DNA of 62,052 nucleotides, counting the filler, from Intoshia linei (lineage: Eukaryota > Animalia > Orthonectida), in NCBI GenBank assembly GCA_001642005.1. It is 4 parts of 4 records of this genome, joined end to end, with 100 filler letters (N's around TTAATTAATTAA, not from the genome) between each part and the next. Parts side by side here need not be neighbours in the genome. Positions count along the whole stretch, not along the records: positions 22,331 to 50,190 come from LWCA01000425.1; positions 50,291 to 54,922 come from LWCA01001897.1; 2 more parts are not named here. One strand, given 5' to 3'. The position numbers and the translations under genes are program-made. The notes beneath the pieces were generated by a model, which worked only from the letters and a program-made list of their open reading frames with translations, had not been told where the DNA came from and searched no databases. Shown one piece after another: positions 38,001 to 52,122 of the stretch; position 1 is the first letter of the stretch, and every line of letters starts with the position of its first letter.

Positions 38001-41000
38001 GCTTCAATATATTTAAATAAACCCAAAATAATTTTAAAATACATACACAACTTAGTTGGTTGCCGTCAATGGTACATTTTTAAGTGCATTCCTTATAATA
38101 TACAAATATTATGTAAAAACTTATTTATAGGTATACAGGAAGTTGTTACATATATTAATTATAGAGATAATCAAAAATCTTTTGGCTCTATTTTCTTCAT
38201 TTGCGCCGACACAATTTCCAACTAAATAGGATAAAGCCATTCCGAATCCAGTAGAGGTCTAAAATTAGTATAAAATTTAAATGACCATAAAAATATATAT
38301 ACATTTTGATATATTATATATTTAATAAAAATATTTTGACCCAGTTCATATAAATTCATGTCTTTTTTTAAAATTATATAATTTTTTAAAAAACGACGAA
38401 AAGTTTGTCCGTGAACTGTGTCTAAAATAAACGATGTTTTATTGATTTTTTTTTAATTAATATGATTAGTGTCACCTGATCTATGTTATAACTTAAAATT
38501 ATAACAAATGCAGGCACATATGAAGGGAAAAAATGTTAAGAAAACAGAAAAAGGTAAAGACGCGGGGGTTTTTTGTGACGAAAATAAAAAAAATTTATAT
38601 AATTTTACAGAAAATTAAATTGAGATTATTATCTATATATATCTTTTATTAATTTCAAAAGAAGTACAAATTGGAATATCTTTATTGTACAATGTATAAT
38701 TATTATGATAAAATATAATTTGAAAATAATTACTTGAAACCAAAATAAATCTATTTGTAGAATAATTGATTGAGCATCCAGTTCAATTTTACCCAATTTT
38801 CCTGAAATTTTATATGAAATATTTTAATTTTTAGAAATAACAAAATAAATAAAATTCATGTGGTTCTCCATAAAATACTTAAGTAATCTCATTATATTCA
38901 TGTGAAAGTCTGAGTTTTGAAAAAAATTTTCAAATCTCAATTTCAAATTCACATTAATTTGTAAATGATAAGTTTATACATATAAACATTATAATGTAAA
39001 AATGAAATTAAAATTTGGATTTTTAACGCATATACTAGGGTTCCTTATCCTCGTGACAGCGGAACCATTGTGCCCGGCACGATAACATGACATTTTAGTT
39101 TTTATGGAAAAATTTTCATTTTTATTATCAAAATTATTGTAATGTGAACTATACATTTGTGTTAATTACAAACTGTCCCATAATTTATGATTTTTAAAAT
39201 TTTATCTAAAATGTATCGATACATTTAAAAATTTTACCTCAATTTTTTAGAATGAAATTTTCGATAAAACATCACTCTCGAAAAACTGGATTAGAAATTG
39301 GTTGATTTACCTTTACCACTGTTAATATTTTAATGAACTGTAACAGACACAAAGACATTCAATTCTATATAAATAATTAATTAAGGGTTGCTAAACACGT
39401 TTGTTTGTCTGTATGTCACCATTTATTTAAAAAACTGGCAGTCTCAAAAAATAGAAAATTAAAATTAAGTCCAGCGTTTTACGGCGCAGAAAGTAAGACC
39501 ACTTTCTAATTAAAAAATAGGTATCTTCACATAAACCTTAAAACCATAAACTATTTTTGCAATATTTATATTGTATACATAAAATTTTAATTTTTTTTAA
39601 TTTTTGAGAACCACTGAATTGCACTGATTGTATCAGACCCATACCTGCAACAATAATAGATATTTGAAGAATCCACCAACCCATACTAAGTATAAACATG
39701 CCTATGAATATTATATACAACAATACGCTATTTGTAACCAGGTATAGCCAATTTAAGGTAATTGAACCAGTTGTCAAAAACTTGATAACTTGTCACTAAA
39801 ATTTAAATTATATGCCACGTAAAATAATCTTTACTCTACTTCTAGTTATGATCTATATTTAATCGTTTTTTAGGGTAAAGATGGACAATCAACGTTCGCG
39901 AACTGATTTCATTCGACCCGCCAAATTATCAGAATCTATCATCCGGCCCAATACAATCAAAAAGTTGTTACCACTGTCTTAGAGTATGCATCTTAAAAAA
40001 TCAAGAAATGTAGCATATTTTTAGCAAAGAAAACATATTAAGTTAATATTAAAGGTTAATATAATGAAAGGTTTTGGTAACTTTTACGTTATTTATAGAG
40101 AGTATCATTTAACTTAAGTGTTAAAATGAATTTTTACATTTTTTAAAATCTTGCTCAAATGTACTATCGTACTTATACATTTTACTCGTCTTTAATCATT
40201 TCGCTTTCTTAATAAATGAAATATTTGAGACTCCGTAGGATTTTATAAATTCAAATACTTAATATGCTTATGCAGTTAATTAGTTTTATCGTGATTTTTA
40301 TGAATAATATTTAAAAATAATATAAATGAATGATATAAAATTATATTACTGCTTTTAAAATTGAAATTATTCTTTTTACTTAATAATGTCATCAACAATA
40401 TTATAATAAACATTGATAAATATGATACGCTTAAAGCTATAACTGATCCGCTAAAAATATTACTGTAATTATAAAAAATTCATCATTTTTAATATATAAT
40501 ATAAATAACGTTAAACTTATTATGAATCATTTAATATATACAATTTCAAAATATTAAAACATAATATAATATATTTTAAAAATTATTTAGGAAATTAAAA
40601 AGGTTTATACCAATAATCAAAAAAAAAACAGAAAATTTTCGGATCTCTAAATTTTTTTATATATACATTATAATATATGTATATAATTTTAACGATTAAT
40701 AGTTAATAAAATCAATAATAAAAATTTTATTTAAATTGTTCCGTCGTAAGAAGTCGTGAACACAAAAAGGTTGAAATCCACTCAACTATTATTTATAAAC
40801 AAAGTAAAAACATACAGCATTCCAAATTTATAATGGTACAAGAGTAGATAATGTAAACCAAAATTAATTAAATTTCCGCAAGTTGTAGATATCGCAGAAG
40901 GTAAAATAGTATGCTATATATTCCAATTTAATGTTGAAAAGTTAAAAATTACTTGACTTTGTAAAAATTTTGAGAGGCATATGAATAAAAAATAACTCTA

Positions 41001-44000
41001 AACATAAAATTTAATAATTATTACATTATTATTAACACTATGCGAGTTATATACTTCATATGCAGTAGTTGTAAAATATAGAAATGCTACAAAATTTAAA
41101 ACGTTAGCACACGCATAGTATTAATATTTTATTATTATTTGCATTATTTTTTAATAATAGTAATTATTATATTTAATATTATTTATACTGCAATATATAA
41201 GCTATTCACCGTTTTTCGTTATCGTGAAAATATCTCTGCATACCATCAGGTTGTAACGATCAGTAAATGCATTTTATATTTTTACAGGGCAGCCAATAAA
41301 TACCATTCAATATTGGAAAATTTTTTCCCATAATACTCTATTCAAATCACACTGAACAACTATACTCTTAGGTAACATTTTAAAATAATGACAATTTTAA
41401 TTTTCTGAACAGTTGCTTTATTGCAGTATATTTTTATGAATATTTTATACATGAGATGCCAGTGAAAATTTTGAAATGTAATCAGATGCTAATCTAAATT
41501 GTACAGTATTATAATATGACGGATTTCAGAATAGAGAGTCTGTAGTACAGACTCTGTACTACATACAGCATATCATATTTAAAAATTCTTGTAAAAAATT
41601 TTATAAAAATATAAATCCAATTTTGAGAATAAATACTACAATGTATAATTATAATTTAGTTAATTTATGCATTTCAATTTAAATTTTTAAATTTATCGCT
41701 ACACCAATATATGTTCTATATACCCATTTTATATAGCAGAATCTACCAAAAATTACAAAACGTCCACTAGTGGATAAAATTACAATATTGGGAACCCTGC
41801 TATAAAGTACTATGAATAACTAAATAAACCTAGATATTTCCTCATTTTGATTTAATAGAATCAATAAATCAAAAGAAAAATGTTGAATTATCAAACAGAT
41901 CATTGATGTAATTGAGAGTATAATAATAGCTAAAAAACTTTTTATTTTTAAAATATTCATGCATCATAATATACATCAGTGGTTGCTGTCTTATTTATTT
42001 TTTTTAAATTTATTATTATCATTATAATTATTAATTAGGACTGTAAAAGAGGATGATGTCCACATAAACAGGATCTAGAATCATGATATGTCTAATATTT
42101 TAATCTGTTTATAGCATGGGCTATTAACCTGGGTGGCGACACCACCACGGGGTGCCAGAAAATTTTTGAATAAAATAATTTTACATAATAATTTAAATCC
42201 AAAAACATGACTAAATAATTAATTTAAATATTTCACCAAATGAAAAAATTAAATTAATTAAATAGTTTTATTAAAACATTAGACTCTAAGGTAAATTATT
42301 GAATTTGACACGGTAACTAAAAAAAATTCAATTTCATTTAGTGTATCACGTTTTAATTTAATTTAAACATGATTGCCATAAAAAAATGTATGAAAATAAT
42401 AATCAATAAATTATCAATGCTAAGATAAAATAAGTTATATTATTATAATTGTTATATTAATATATAATAAAATGATGATTTTTCAGAAAATAAACTTATA
42501 CAATACAAGGGAAAAGACTATGCAAAGACAGTGAAATGGTTAATAACTTTTTTATTTTGGTTTTTTCAAATAGAATTTTTGAGGGTCCACTTTGTGACGT
42601 GTTTATACTGCATGTCAATTTTAAAAAATATTTCTTTATTACCATTTAATAAGAAAGCTATGTCATTATATCATGTTGTCTTTAAAATTAATGGCATTAG
42701 GTAATATTGGAAAATGGCATCACATCACATTATCACATCTTTTGTTATTATTATCATATCAAATGTGAAATGGTATGTGAAATGAAATGGAACCATCGAT
42801 ATATACAATTTTAATTTATATTATACATTTTGCTAGATAAATATTTAATTTTCTCAAGTTTTTTGATCCATACAACTAAAATATCAAAATAAATAATTTA
42901 ATGTATCATTTTTTGAAATTAATTCGATGAGATCGCATAAACAATGTTTATTAAACATTCAAAAACTGTACTAGAATTAGTGTTTTTTAAAATTAAGCAG
43001 GAATTGAGTGTTTTACCTTGAAGCACTCAATTTCTGAAATGATACTTGTATTAAAACATCACTTTTGTAAAACAGTATTAGAAACTCACGTTTTTTTGTT
43101 AGCCTCAAATTTAATAAATAGGCTATTTTAAGACAAACTTATTATATTTAAAAAAATTAAAGCATGTAAAAATTTCCCGTTTTTATTACTAACTCAGTAA
43201 TGATTTTTTTATATTAATTGTATGATTATATATATACAAGATTGTATAGCTGTATGCGATTTTTATGACCACAACTGTATAAACAATGATATTTACAACT
43301 TTAATAATAATATATTAATTTTTATTTATTATATTCAAAAATTCTGAAGGAATGAATTATATAGATTTTCACCCATATTCCTTTATTGGAAATGTGTAGA
43401 CGTTCATTGCACATTTTTTTTGAAATTTTAGGATTAATATTTACATTTTACATTTTCGATTTTTATTTTAATCGAAATATTTGAAAAATATTAGTTAATA
43501 ATACATTAAATGATAATGTATATTAAAAATTATTTTTCACTGGGAATGCGTAGATAACAACGTAAAGACAAGAAAGATATAAAAAAGATTAAAGGGATTG
43601 ACATAATTACATTCAATTTTCAAAAATTAGATCCATTATCATCAAAGTTACAATTCAATTTTTTTACTGACAAAATATTATTTTATAAAATGTGTTTATT
43701 TCTATATACTTTTTTGTGTAGTTACTTACAATTTTCGATGAATACTGATCTATTTAATATATTTACGGACAAAAATGCAATTATGTACTGACAAGAAAGA
43801 ATTAAAAACTGATAAATATGTAATTGAATACAGACAAAATACTTTTTATTACTGATATTTTAATGTGTATACTGACAATTTTATGTTGAAAATACAGAAT
43901 ATTTTTTATTAAAAAATGTCAGTATTTTAATTAAATATTGACAAATTAATTAATCCCCATATTTTTTTATATTCTCGATCTCGTTTGATTTTCAAAAAAA

Positions 44001-45605
44001 AGGACAATTCGGCTTTTTGTTCCGTAAGGTATGAGTTTGGAAGGTTGAAATTTATTTTGCTAACATTCCCGAAAAAACTGTAATTGAAATGTGGACTTTA
44101 TAAAATTCTAAGACTTGTAGTTATTAAAATAAACGGTAACACACAGACACAAACAAATATTACATAGCATATTATATACAAATAAGTAAGTATAATATAA
44201 CAATAAAACCTGCGAAAAGAAAGTATCACAGGCTATGCCCATTCCGTGAGCCGTTGCAAAGCAAGTAATATTAATAAACTAAATTTATTACATTTAAATA
44301 TTTTTGTTCCATAAAGAGCCCAAACGTTGACAAAATGACGTCACTACAGATTAAAAAACATTTGCTTTAATCTTTTAAAATTATATTTGATACAAGATTT
44401 TGAGTATATGGCTATTGTTCAAGGCGGAATACATAAGAAACAATATAACACATTACTAAATTATTTTCCAGTTTTTTTTTTCAAAACCATTAGGATATTT
44501 CAAGCGCTACTTTCAGAAACTCTGTTCAATATTAATTAGTTTTGGATACCTACCCTTATTATTCCTTTTATTTAACGGTAATCTTTAATTGCTTATAAAA
44601 TATTATAGTTTCTTGCCGTTCATTTAAAATGGAATTGTAAAATGTACAATGTACTTTGTACATTAACATTAAAAAACTTAAATTAGATAATTTTGAAAAC
44701 CAATTAGTCTTTCCCACAAAACCCTATATTTTTATTTATTTTTTATTAGCCGACTTTGAAACGTCTAAGGTGTTATTATTATAATGTCATTTATTTTAAA
44801 TTATACAAAAAGTTACACATAACGCCAGACTTAAAGTTGCCAATTCGGTTGTGTCGCCTAGATGGGAGCACATAATGATTGCAACTGAGCATAAACTTGT
44901 TTGAGAAACATTGATATAAATCTAAATAATACTACAAAAAAATATGAAATTATTCAAAATATAGTCAAAATTTAGTATATTGAGATTTTTATCAAACTTT
45001 CAAAGGGTAGGGAAACTAGGAAAAAATTATAAAAAAAATGAGATTGTGGCATGATCATAATTAGTAATTTCATACAATACTAAAGAATCATTATTTATTT
45101 ATTATACAGTCTAAATCCTTATTAATGAAGTATCTTGGAGTTTTTGAGTCCACATAAGTTATTTAGGGTTCATGAAAAATTTCATCAATTTGAAAATATT
45201 TACAAAAATAAAATTACGTTAAAAATGATATTTACGCAATGATGGTAATTATTTCTAATTAACGCCATCTAATTTAATATCTTAAAATTTTGATAAAAAC
45301 GTAATAAATTGACTTTTAATTAGTCAAAAAATTACTTTATATTTATGATAGTTATAAAAAATAGATTCTAGAGCTTTAGAGATAAAATTTTTATTAACGG
45401 AATTTTTGGTTCATACAAATTCGTTAAGAAAAAATAAATAATTTAAAATTCCATTAATAAGGACTTAGACTGTACTTATATTGTTACCATTCTGGTTTGA
45501 TGAGACCTATAATATGGTGTATGTAATATAAATATATACCAATGGTAAAGCATTAATATAAAAGGTTTTTATTTCTGATAAGTATGACGAAATAACATTT
45601 TTCAT
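35052..45605 (-). CDS. MATE family (SLC47A-like) transporter, 18 exons, about 515 aa
   Basis: Exons (-): 45540-45605, 44817-44921, 44210-44278, 42827-42875, 41830-41929, 41451-41493, 40953-40997, 40816-40913, 40350-40450, 39739-39795, 39645-39701, 38734-38801, 38150-38258, 37848-37923, 37737-37806, 36904-37036, 35757-35851, 35052-35258. Phase-consistent (1548 nt). Motifs CSHLG..ELA, ACDTFFSQLYGSKN, LKLAIPG, VGNCVGAN, GTGRQ, LPLG. Confidence 0.9.
45107..45472. mobile_element. Tc1/pogo-type MITE in MATE intron 1
   Basis: TA|CAGTCTAAATCCTTATTAATG ... CATTAATAAGGACTTAGACTG|TA. Confidence 0.8.
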
Positions 45606-46129
45606 ATTACTAAATATTTTAAAAAGAAATGGAGTCAATGTGTATTTTCTTTAAATTAATTAATTGTTATTTTAATTTTACGATCTATTTACAATAACAT
45701 TGTAAATAAACCAAAGAGTAAATATTTTATATAATTATGTTGATTTAATCATATTAATACATATAAAGTTATGCACTGATATAAATATTGTATAAAAGGA
45801 GTAATGTGTATCCGATGCGTCGATTTTAATCAATAAACCTATAATAAAGCGTAAAAATAAAAAAATTAAATAATATTACGATGCAACCGTAATCAAGGTT
45901 CGTTAACCTTATAAAACTACATATGCATAAAACTCCTTGGGTGGTATTGTTTCTATACATCAGATTGGTCAAAGTTGGGATCCTTCTGTTTCTGTACACA
46001 CATCAATAAAATATGGATGATGCAGTTCCATTTTTATTAAAATTTTTATAAAACTAATTAAATATTTATTCTAACTTTTAGTGTTAGGGTGAGTTGTGTC
46101 TTGAATTAAATTAAGTGATTTTTCTATTA

Positions 46130-47815
46130 CACGGTGCGCATTCTGAAAAACACCTTAACTTGTGTAATATCATTAAATCGATAATTTCATGTTGATTTGA
46201 ATGTATAAATATTAAGGTGTGACGAGGTCATAATTATTTGCAATTATAGTTTTAACTTAATATTGTTTTAAAACCGTCGCATAAATAACTCGTCATTTTT
46301 TTATACAATAATATCAATTAGTTTATTGTATAAAGTTAATTATATTTTTATTTTACACATGTATTGTGATTGCAAATATCATTCGGATACTGATAAATAT
46401 TGCTACATGTGCAGTCACAGAATATTTAGTAAGAAAAAGAAATATCCAGTTAACGGAAAATTACAGGATACATTAGAAAGTATCTATGATATTAAATACA
46501 TAAGAAATATCTGGACGCCTGGGTATATATGCTTATCTTGTGCAAATTCAGTTTACAAAAATTACAAAAGATACAAAAAATATCAATCATGGACATGCCC
46601 TTGTTCAAAAAATGATTGCTATTTCTGCAAATGCAGAGATATCTCATTTAACAGTAAATTAAAAAATAAACATTTGCCAAATGTAGCATCATGTTCAAAA
46701 CCGATTCCAATACCCAATAGAAGAAAAAATGATGTATTTATAACTACATCAGATTCTTCATTCGACGATGATTTATGTTTCACCTGAAGTATTTAATGGA
46801 AAAGATTAAAAGTAAATACGATTATTTGATATCAATTCTCAAATTAAGCAACAGGGGATCTATAATTTTAATTGAAACTATTAACAAATGGCATATATCA
46901 AATTTTGTTTCTCCATCTCTGTACAGAGTTCGAAATAAAGAATACATGGATTACTTTGCAAAATATGAAGATCTGGACTTGACGTATTGTGTAGATGTCG
47001 ACCGTCTAATGAAAAAATTGGGATTTAAATATTGTTCTAAGGATTAATTTATTTTCATTGACTCTTGTAATTACAATATCAAAGCTGTACTTATACACAA
47101 TAAGCATATATACCCTATTATCCCTGTTGCTGTTGCTGTTGCTGATAGACGCATATGAAAATATAAATTGTTTGTATTCCATTAAGATGCACTTTCTACA
47201 AGCTCATATCTCCATGTTCACAGCAAACTGTGGTAGATTTTCTGACGAACACGGCGAAAAATTCCATCAAAAATTGTCATTATTTGAAAGCAGATACAAA
47301 AATAAACATGATATAAGTATGATATGTGATTATCTATAGACTGTAAAATCCTTATATCATAAATAAATATTTAATTGTTGTATATTATATTTTTTTAATT
47401 TATTAAATTACTCGTAATTATTTAATACGACCAGAATTTTATAAGCAGAACATGGACTAATGACCATGCATATGTTGAGTATGTATATCATACGCCACGT
47501 TTTAGGTGTTCTTCTTTTTCTAAAAACGGTGGTTTTACACCCATAGACGGAAAAAAAATGTATATATTAAAAAAATATTTTTTCGCTTTAATTCAATATT
47601 GATAAACACACAAGTTAATGTAATATAATATTAAAATATATAAATCATGTGAACGTTAACGCCATAAATCACAAATAAGTAATAATGTTCAAGCCTAGTT
47701 TTTAATATCTTAGCGACCAGAACGGACGGTTATATATGGCTCTTTTTAATCGTGAAGGTGAGTTTTATTTGATGTGATATACCAATGTTAGGTTTTTTTC
47801 AAAATGCGCACCGTG
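46130..47815 (+). mobile_element. Internally deleted Chapaev3 transposon with intact ends
   Basis: 25-bp TIR CACGGTGCGCATT(C/T)TGAAAAA(C/A)ACC and 3-bp TSD TTA on both sides. Encodes a Cys-rich N-terminus (DKYCYMC...WTPGYICLSC...DCYFC), FIDS...KAVLIHN and SIKMHFLQAH...SDEHGEKFHQ...RY. Confidence 0.88.
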
Positions 47816-48049
47816 TTATGATTCATGAGATGTATTTTTTGGAAGAAAAATTATTTTCTAAAATTTTCTAATTATTTCAATATCCGGAAACTTATGGAAT
47901 GAACTCGAACTCGAAATGTGGTCCTCAGTATGTAACTCGACACCGTATCATATGTTATCGGCCTTGGCGTATAACAAACATGTTACATTATTACAATCAA
48001 ATGTATATAAAGGTATACATTTCATATAAAAATTTTAAAAAAATTTAAT

Positions 48050-48456
48050 TCATATTACATTAATTACAATTAATATTAACAACAAATTAAAAATTAATAA
48101 AACTTTAACTATATGATCAATTTTGAATTTTAATAGAAAATACGGAACAGTGATCCGTAAAGAACTATATCTCTGTATGCAATACTGAAGTTTTATTTTC
48201 ATTTTTATGTCATCAAAATGATTGACTTGTTCATTTATTTCAATTGTGCTTAATAATTTATTCACTCTTACAGTCCGTTTGTGAAACTAAATAAAAATAA
48301 ATAATAAAATAAAGAGTAATAATAAATTTAATAAAAATGAAATTTCACTTAAAACTCTTACATCTTTCCTGATTTGTTTCCATTTAACTTTCATAACCAA
48401 TATAGATAAACACACACATTGAAATCCACAATTGATTGCAAATGAAATCATATAAC
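48050..48456 (-). CDS. Last two exons of a second MATE paralog (partial)
   Basis: Exons 48362-48456 (95 nt, GYMISFAINCGFQCVCLSILVMKVKWKQIRKD) and 48050-48286 are homologous to MATE exons 35757-35851 (95 nt) and 35052-35258 (KIKLDHFIK vs KFKIDHIVK). Confidence 0.75.
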
Positions 48457-48489
48457 CTAAAATTAAATAAATGTTTAATTATATTAGAT

Positions 48490-49574
48490 CAGTAGTTCTT
48501 AACCTTTTTTGGAGAATCGCCCATTTTTCAACAAAAATAAAATTATCGCCCCATAAATACAATCGATATTTTTTTAATTTACAAAGTTTATAAATGTGCA
48601 GTGCATGTTATGCATCAATTTTTTTTAACGGTAGAGTTGATACAGAATACAATAAAAAAGCAATTAATAATTGTTTTTTTGATATCTTAAGAAATATGCA
48701 AATGAAATTTGAGATTATTTTTTTATTTGATGGCTCATGAAAATAATATATACAAAAAATACGATAAAAACTGAGTATGTAAAAAAAAGAAAAATATATT
48801 ATAATGAATAAATGTAACAAATTTGAAATGAGAAATATTAAATGGAATCATGAAATTATAAATTTTTAAGCTTTACAAAGAAAAAATAAAATTTATTATT
48901 AATGGATACCCGAATATTAATAACTATTTGATAATTTTTCAATATCAGAAGCGATATTTGTTAAACATAATCTTAAGTCACCCCGTTTTAATAAATGTAG
49001 TTTGTTCCTCTTTTTTGATTGAAGATCAGTTACTACGCTAAAACCTTTCTAAACAATATGTATGCCAATAGTAACGATGTCACTTTGTTTCCAAAGATTT
49101 GGATATGCATTCTTTTTTTGAAAAAATAAGGTAGAGTAACCCTTTTGTTTAAAAATGAATTGTGCCTCAATGTCATTTTGTAAGTCAATCAATTCTTCTA
49201 CTAAATTCAATGGAATTGAATTAACATCAACATTGAATGGATTTATTGCATACTCTGGTATTTCTGTGTTTCGTGTATATAAATACTAATTAGATTGTTA
49301 ATTAAAATATCATGTAATGTTTAATTCTAACGAGTTCACCTAAATAATAAGATTTCAAAGATGAATACAAACCCTTTCTACAAAATAATCATATGACTAT
49401 AACCACTGTACTAGCTAGACTGATTGAACGGTTATAATCTGACGTTATATTGGAATTTCAACTGATGCGATATTAAATATTTTTGCCTCCCATATCACCC
49501 CAAAATTTTTTTCGCCCCATTCGATCATAAAAACGCCACAAGGGGCGCGCTATCGCCCAGGTTAAAAATCACTG
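48490..49574 (-). mobile_element. hAT (Buster/SCAND3-ZBED8-like) non-autonomous element
   Basis: TIR CAGTAGTTCTTAACCT / AGGTTAAAAATCACTG; TSD TATTAGAT/CATTAGAT. Encodes AINPF...EELIDLQND...YPNLW...KGFS...KKRNKL...RGDLRLCLTNI. Confidence 0.88.
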
Positions 49575-49789
49575 CATTAGATCAAGTTCATATATTTATA
49601 TATATATGTAATTATTAATATATAGTATCAGCTATTAACATTTAATTAATAATTAAAATTTATCTAAAGAGTTTCATAGTCCATACTTGTATACACCCTC
49701 GACAAAACCTTAGAGCACCTGTATTATATTGAAATATAAGTAAAACTAAAATAAATTATAATCTAATTTTTTGAATACGAAAACAATAT

Positions 49790-50190
49790 GGTATATCAGT
49801 TATTGCCCCGAATTTTAAATTGTGTAATTAGGTATACTTTTTTATAATTTGAAAATTAAAAAAAGTCGAAAAAAATATGCGACAAAAGTGCTTTAACGCT
49901 TTCTAATTTACAGCAAAATAGGTACAATAATTTATTTAAAGCATAATTTTATAACTTTAATAATAAGTTCTTCCACCTTTATTTGTAATCACTTCAAAAA
50001 TTTTAGAAGGCATACTTGCCATTAAGGTATTAACCTTGGGTTGGTCAATGGAATCCAAGATCTCTCTATGGCTGATCTCAGATCTTTTCAACATTTATAT
50101 TGTTTTCCATCTATATACAATCTCAGTCATCATTCACCATATATTTTCTATTGGGTTTAGATCCGGTGAGCATGGTGGCCACGGAAGAAC
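49790..50190 (-). mobile_element. Tc1-like transposase 3' fragment (cut by gap)
   Basis: VLPWPPCSPDLNPIENIW*...LMASMPSKIFEVITNKGGRTYY*. Confidence 0.85.
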
Positions 50191-50290
50191 NNNNNNNNNN
50201 NNNNNNNNNNNNNNNNNNNNNNNNNNNNNNNNNNTTAATTAATTAANNNNNNNNNNNNNNNNNNNNNNNNNNNNNNNNNNNNNNNNNNNN
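50191..50290. other. Assembly gap
   Basis: N-run with TTAATTAATTAA linker. Confidence 0.98.
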
Positions 50291-50395
50291 ATTCCAGTTT
50301 TACCAACCCTAAAAGAAAAATTCTAGTTTTACCAACCCTAAAAGAAAAATTCTAGTTTTACCAACCTTTAAAAGAAAAATCCAGTTTTACAGAAT
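50291..50395 (+). repeat. About 29-bp tandem repeat
   Basis: AGTTTTACCAACCCTAAAAGAAAAATTCT about 3.5 copies; related inverted units at about 50815-50925. Confidence 0.75.
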
Positions 50396-50978
50396 TTCGG
50401 AGTATGCCATAAAAACTCAGTATCATTAACAAAGCAAAATGAAGTTCTCACATAGAAAGATTATCGATAAACAAGTTATTTGTCAGTAGAAATATTGAAT
50501 TTTCAGTTGATTATTATTAATTAGTTGATTAAATTATTTTGTCAGTACTTTAATATACTGTCAGTATTTAAATTGAATGTTCTGTATCAATTAAAACTGA
50601 CAAAAAATGCTTTTGTATAATATATTACAATACTCTACTATTGCCATAATTACATTCTATTTGTTCTTATAAAAAAATATTCTCTGGTGTTAAAACACCA
50701 TAGAATATTTCTAATTTTTTTGTAATATGCTTTGTAGGTATAATATGGTATCTTAATATTTCAGTTTTAACTTGGGTCTGTAGTGGATGATATAACTCAA
50801 AAACAAAAACTCGATTTTTCCATAAAGGTTGGTAAAATTGGGATTTTTCCTTAGGGGTTTGTCAAAGTGGGTTTTTCCCTTAAAGTTTGGTAAATTTTCC
50901 TTTTTAGTAAAAATGGTTGGGTTTAAGAATATTCTCATTAACAAATATAATTAATAAATAATATTTATTTATTCTTAC

Positions 50979-52122
50979 TAAATCAGGTATTTCCTCAAAG
51001 ATTTCCAAACAACGTTCATCTTCAATTCGATTTTTTGACAAATCCAGTACATTTAGTTTGACGCACAATTTTAAATGTACAATTGATTCATAGCTTTGCA
51101 ATTTATTTGAAGATAAATTTAAATTTGTCAAATTTATCAATGAATCTATTATAAAAAAATTATAAATAATCAATACATGTTAACAAAGATTCTAAAACCT
51201 TTACAATATTTTGTCTAATCAAAAATAAATTTTAGTTATTTTTTGTGAAAATTAAGAAATTGTCATCCGTTATAATTATAATATACAATTATAATAATAA
51301 TTATTATTATCATTATGTATTAGTTTAAATTTTCTATCAACGAAATTATTTTTTAATAAAATAAATAAAATTACCCCTGGAATAATAAAAATATTAAAAA
51401 ATTTGAAAATACTTTAAACAATCATAGTTTAATATATAACAGTGACAATGAACAAAAAAGTACCTAAATTTTCAACATGAGATATAAAGTTTGTGCTTAA
51501 ATTTAAAGAGTCAAGATGAATTAAATGATTTAAATTTTGAATTTTATGGATCATATTTTCATGTAAAAAAAGCATCCTTAATTCAATTTGATTATCAAGG
51601 TTTTCAATAGTTTCTATTGCATTTCTTTCCAACCACAATGTTTTTAATCCAGTATATTCCTCCAAATTTTCTATTCTAACCAAACCTAACAGATTTAATG
51701 GAAATAATTTTAAAATTTTATAAAATATTTACACATTCATTGTACCAACTGAACAATACTATGCTTTAAAATGTATATTTTTTGGTTACCTGAATAATGC
51801 AAATATAAAACATCATTCAAATATGGTGTTCGATACAATTTGTTTTTTTGGCAAAGGTCCACAATTAATTTTTTTGTTAATCTATAAACTGTCAAATATA
51901 ACTATTTTTCAAAGTACCTATTTCCATGTTTGTAAATATCATTTTCTAAAATTAATCGTTAAATATATCCAATAAAATAGACGTTTCAGCCCATTTCATC
52001 ATTAATTATTTTTATTCTCTTTTATTGTTAACATTTTTAAATTATATGTTATATATTCATTTACCCTTATTTAAATTTGTTTCGGTGACCGGTTTCCGAG
52101 ATCCATCTTCGATTTTTACCAT
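50979..52122 (-). CDS. DNAAF1: Dynein axonemal assembly factor 1 (LRRC50), 5' exons only
   Basis: Exons 52065-52122, 51918-51945, 51790-51881, 51464-51685, 50979-51145. RLTKKLIVDLCQKNKLYRTPYLNDVLYLHYSG..RIENLEEYTGLKTLWLE matches the DNAAF1 signature; SDS22-type LRRs follow. 3' exons not found. Confidence 0.9.

Noticed and set aside
49684-49720. Candidate extra exon of DNAAF1 or MATE-2
   Set aside because: Splice-like signals are present, but no frame matches the expected next exon of either gene.
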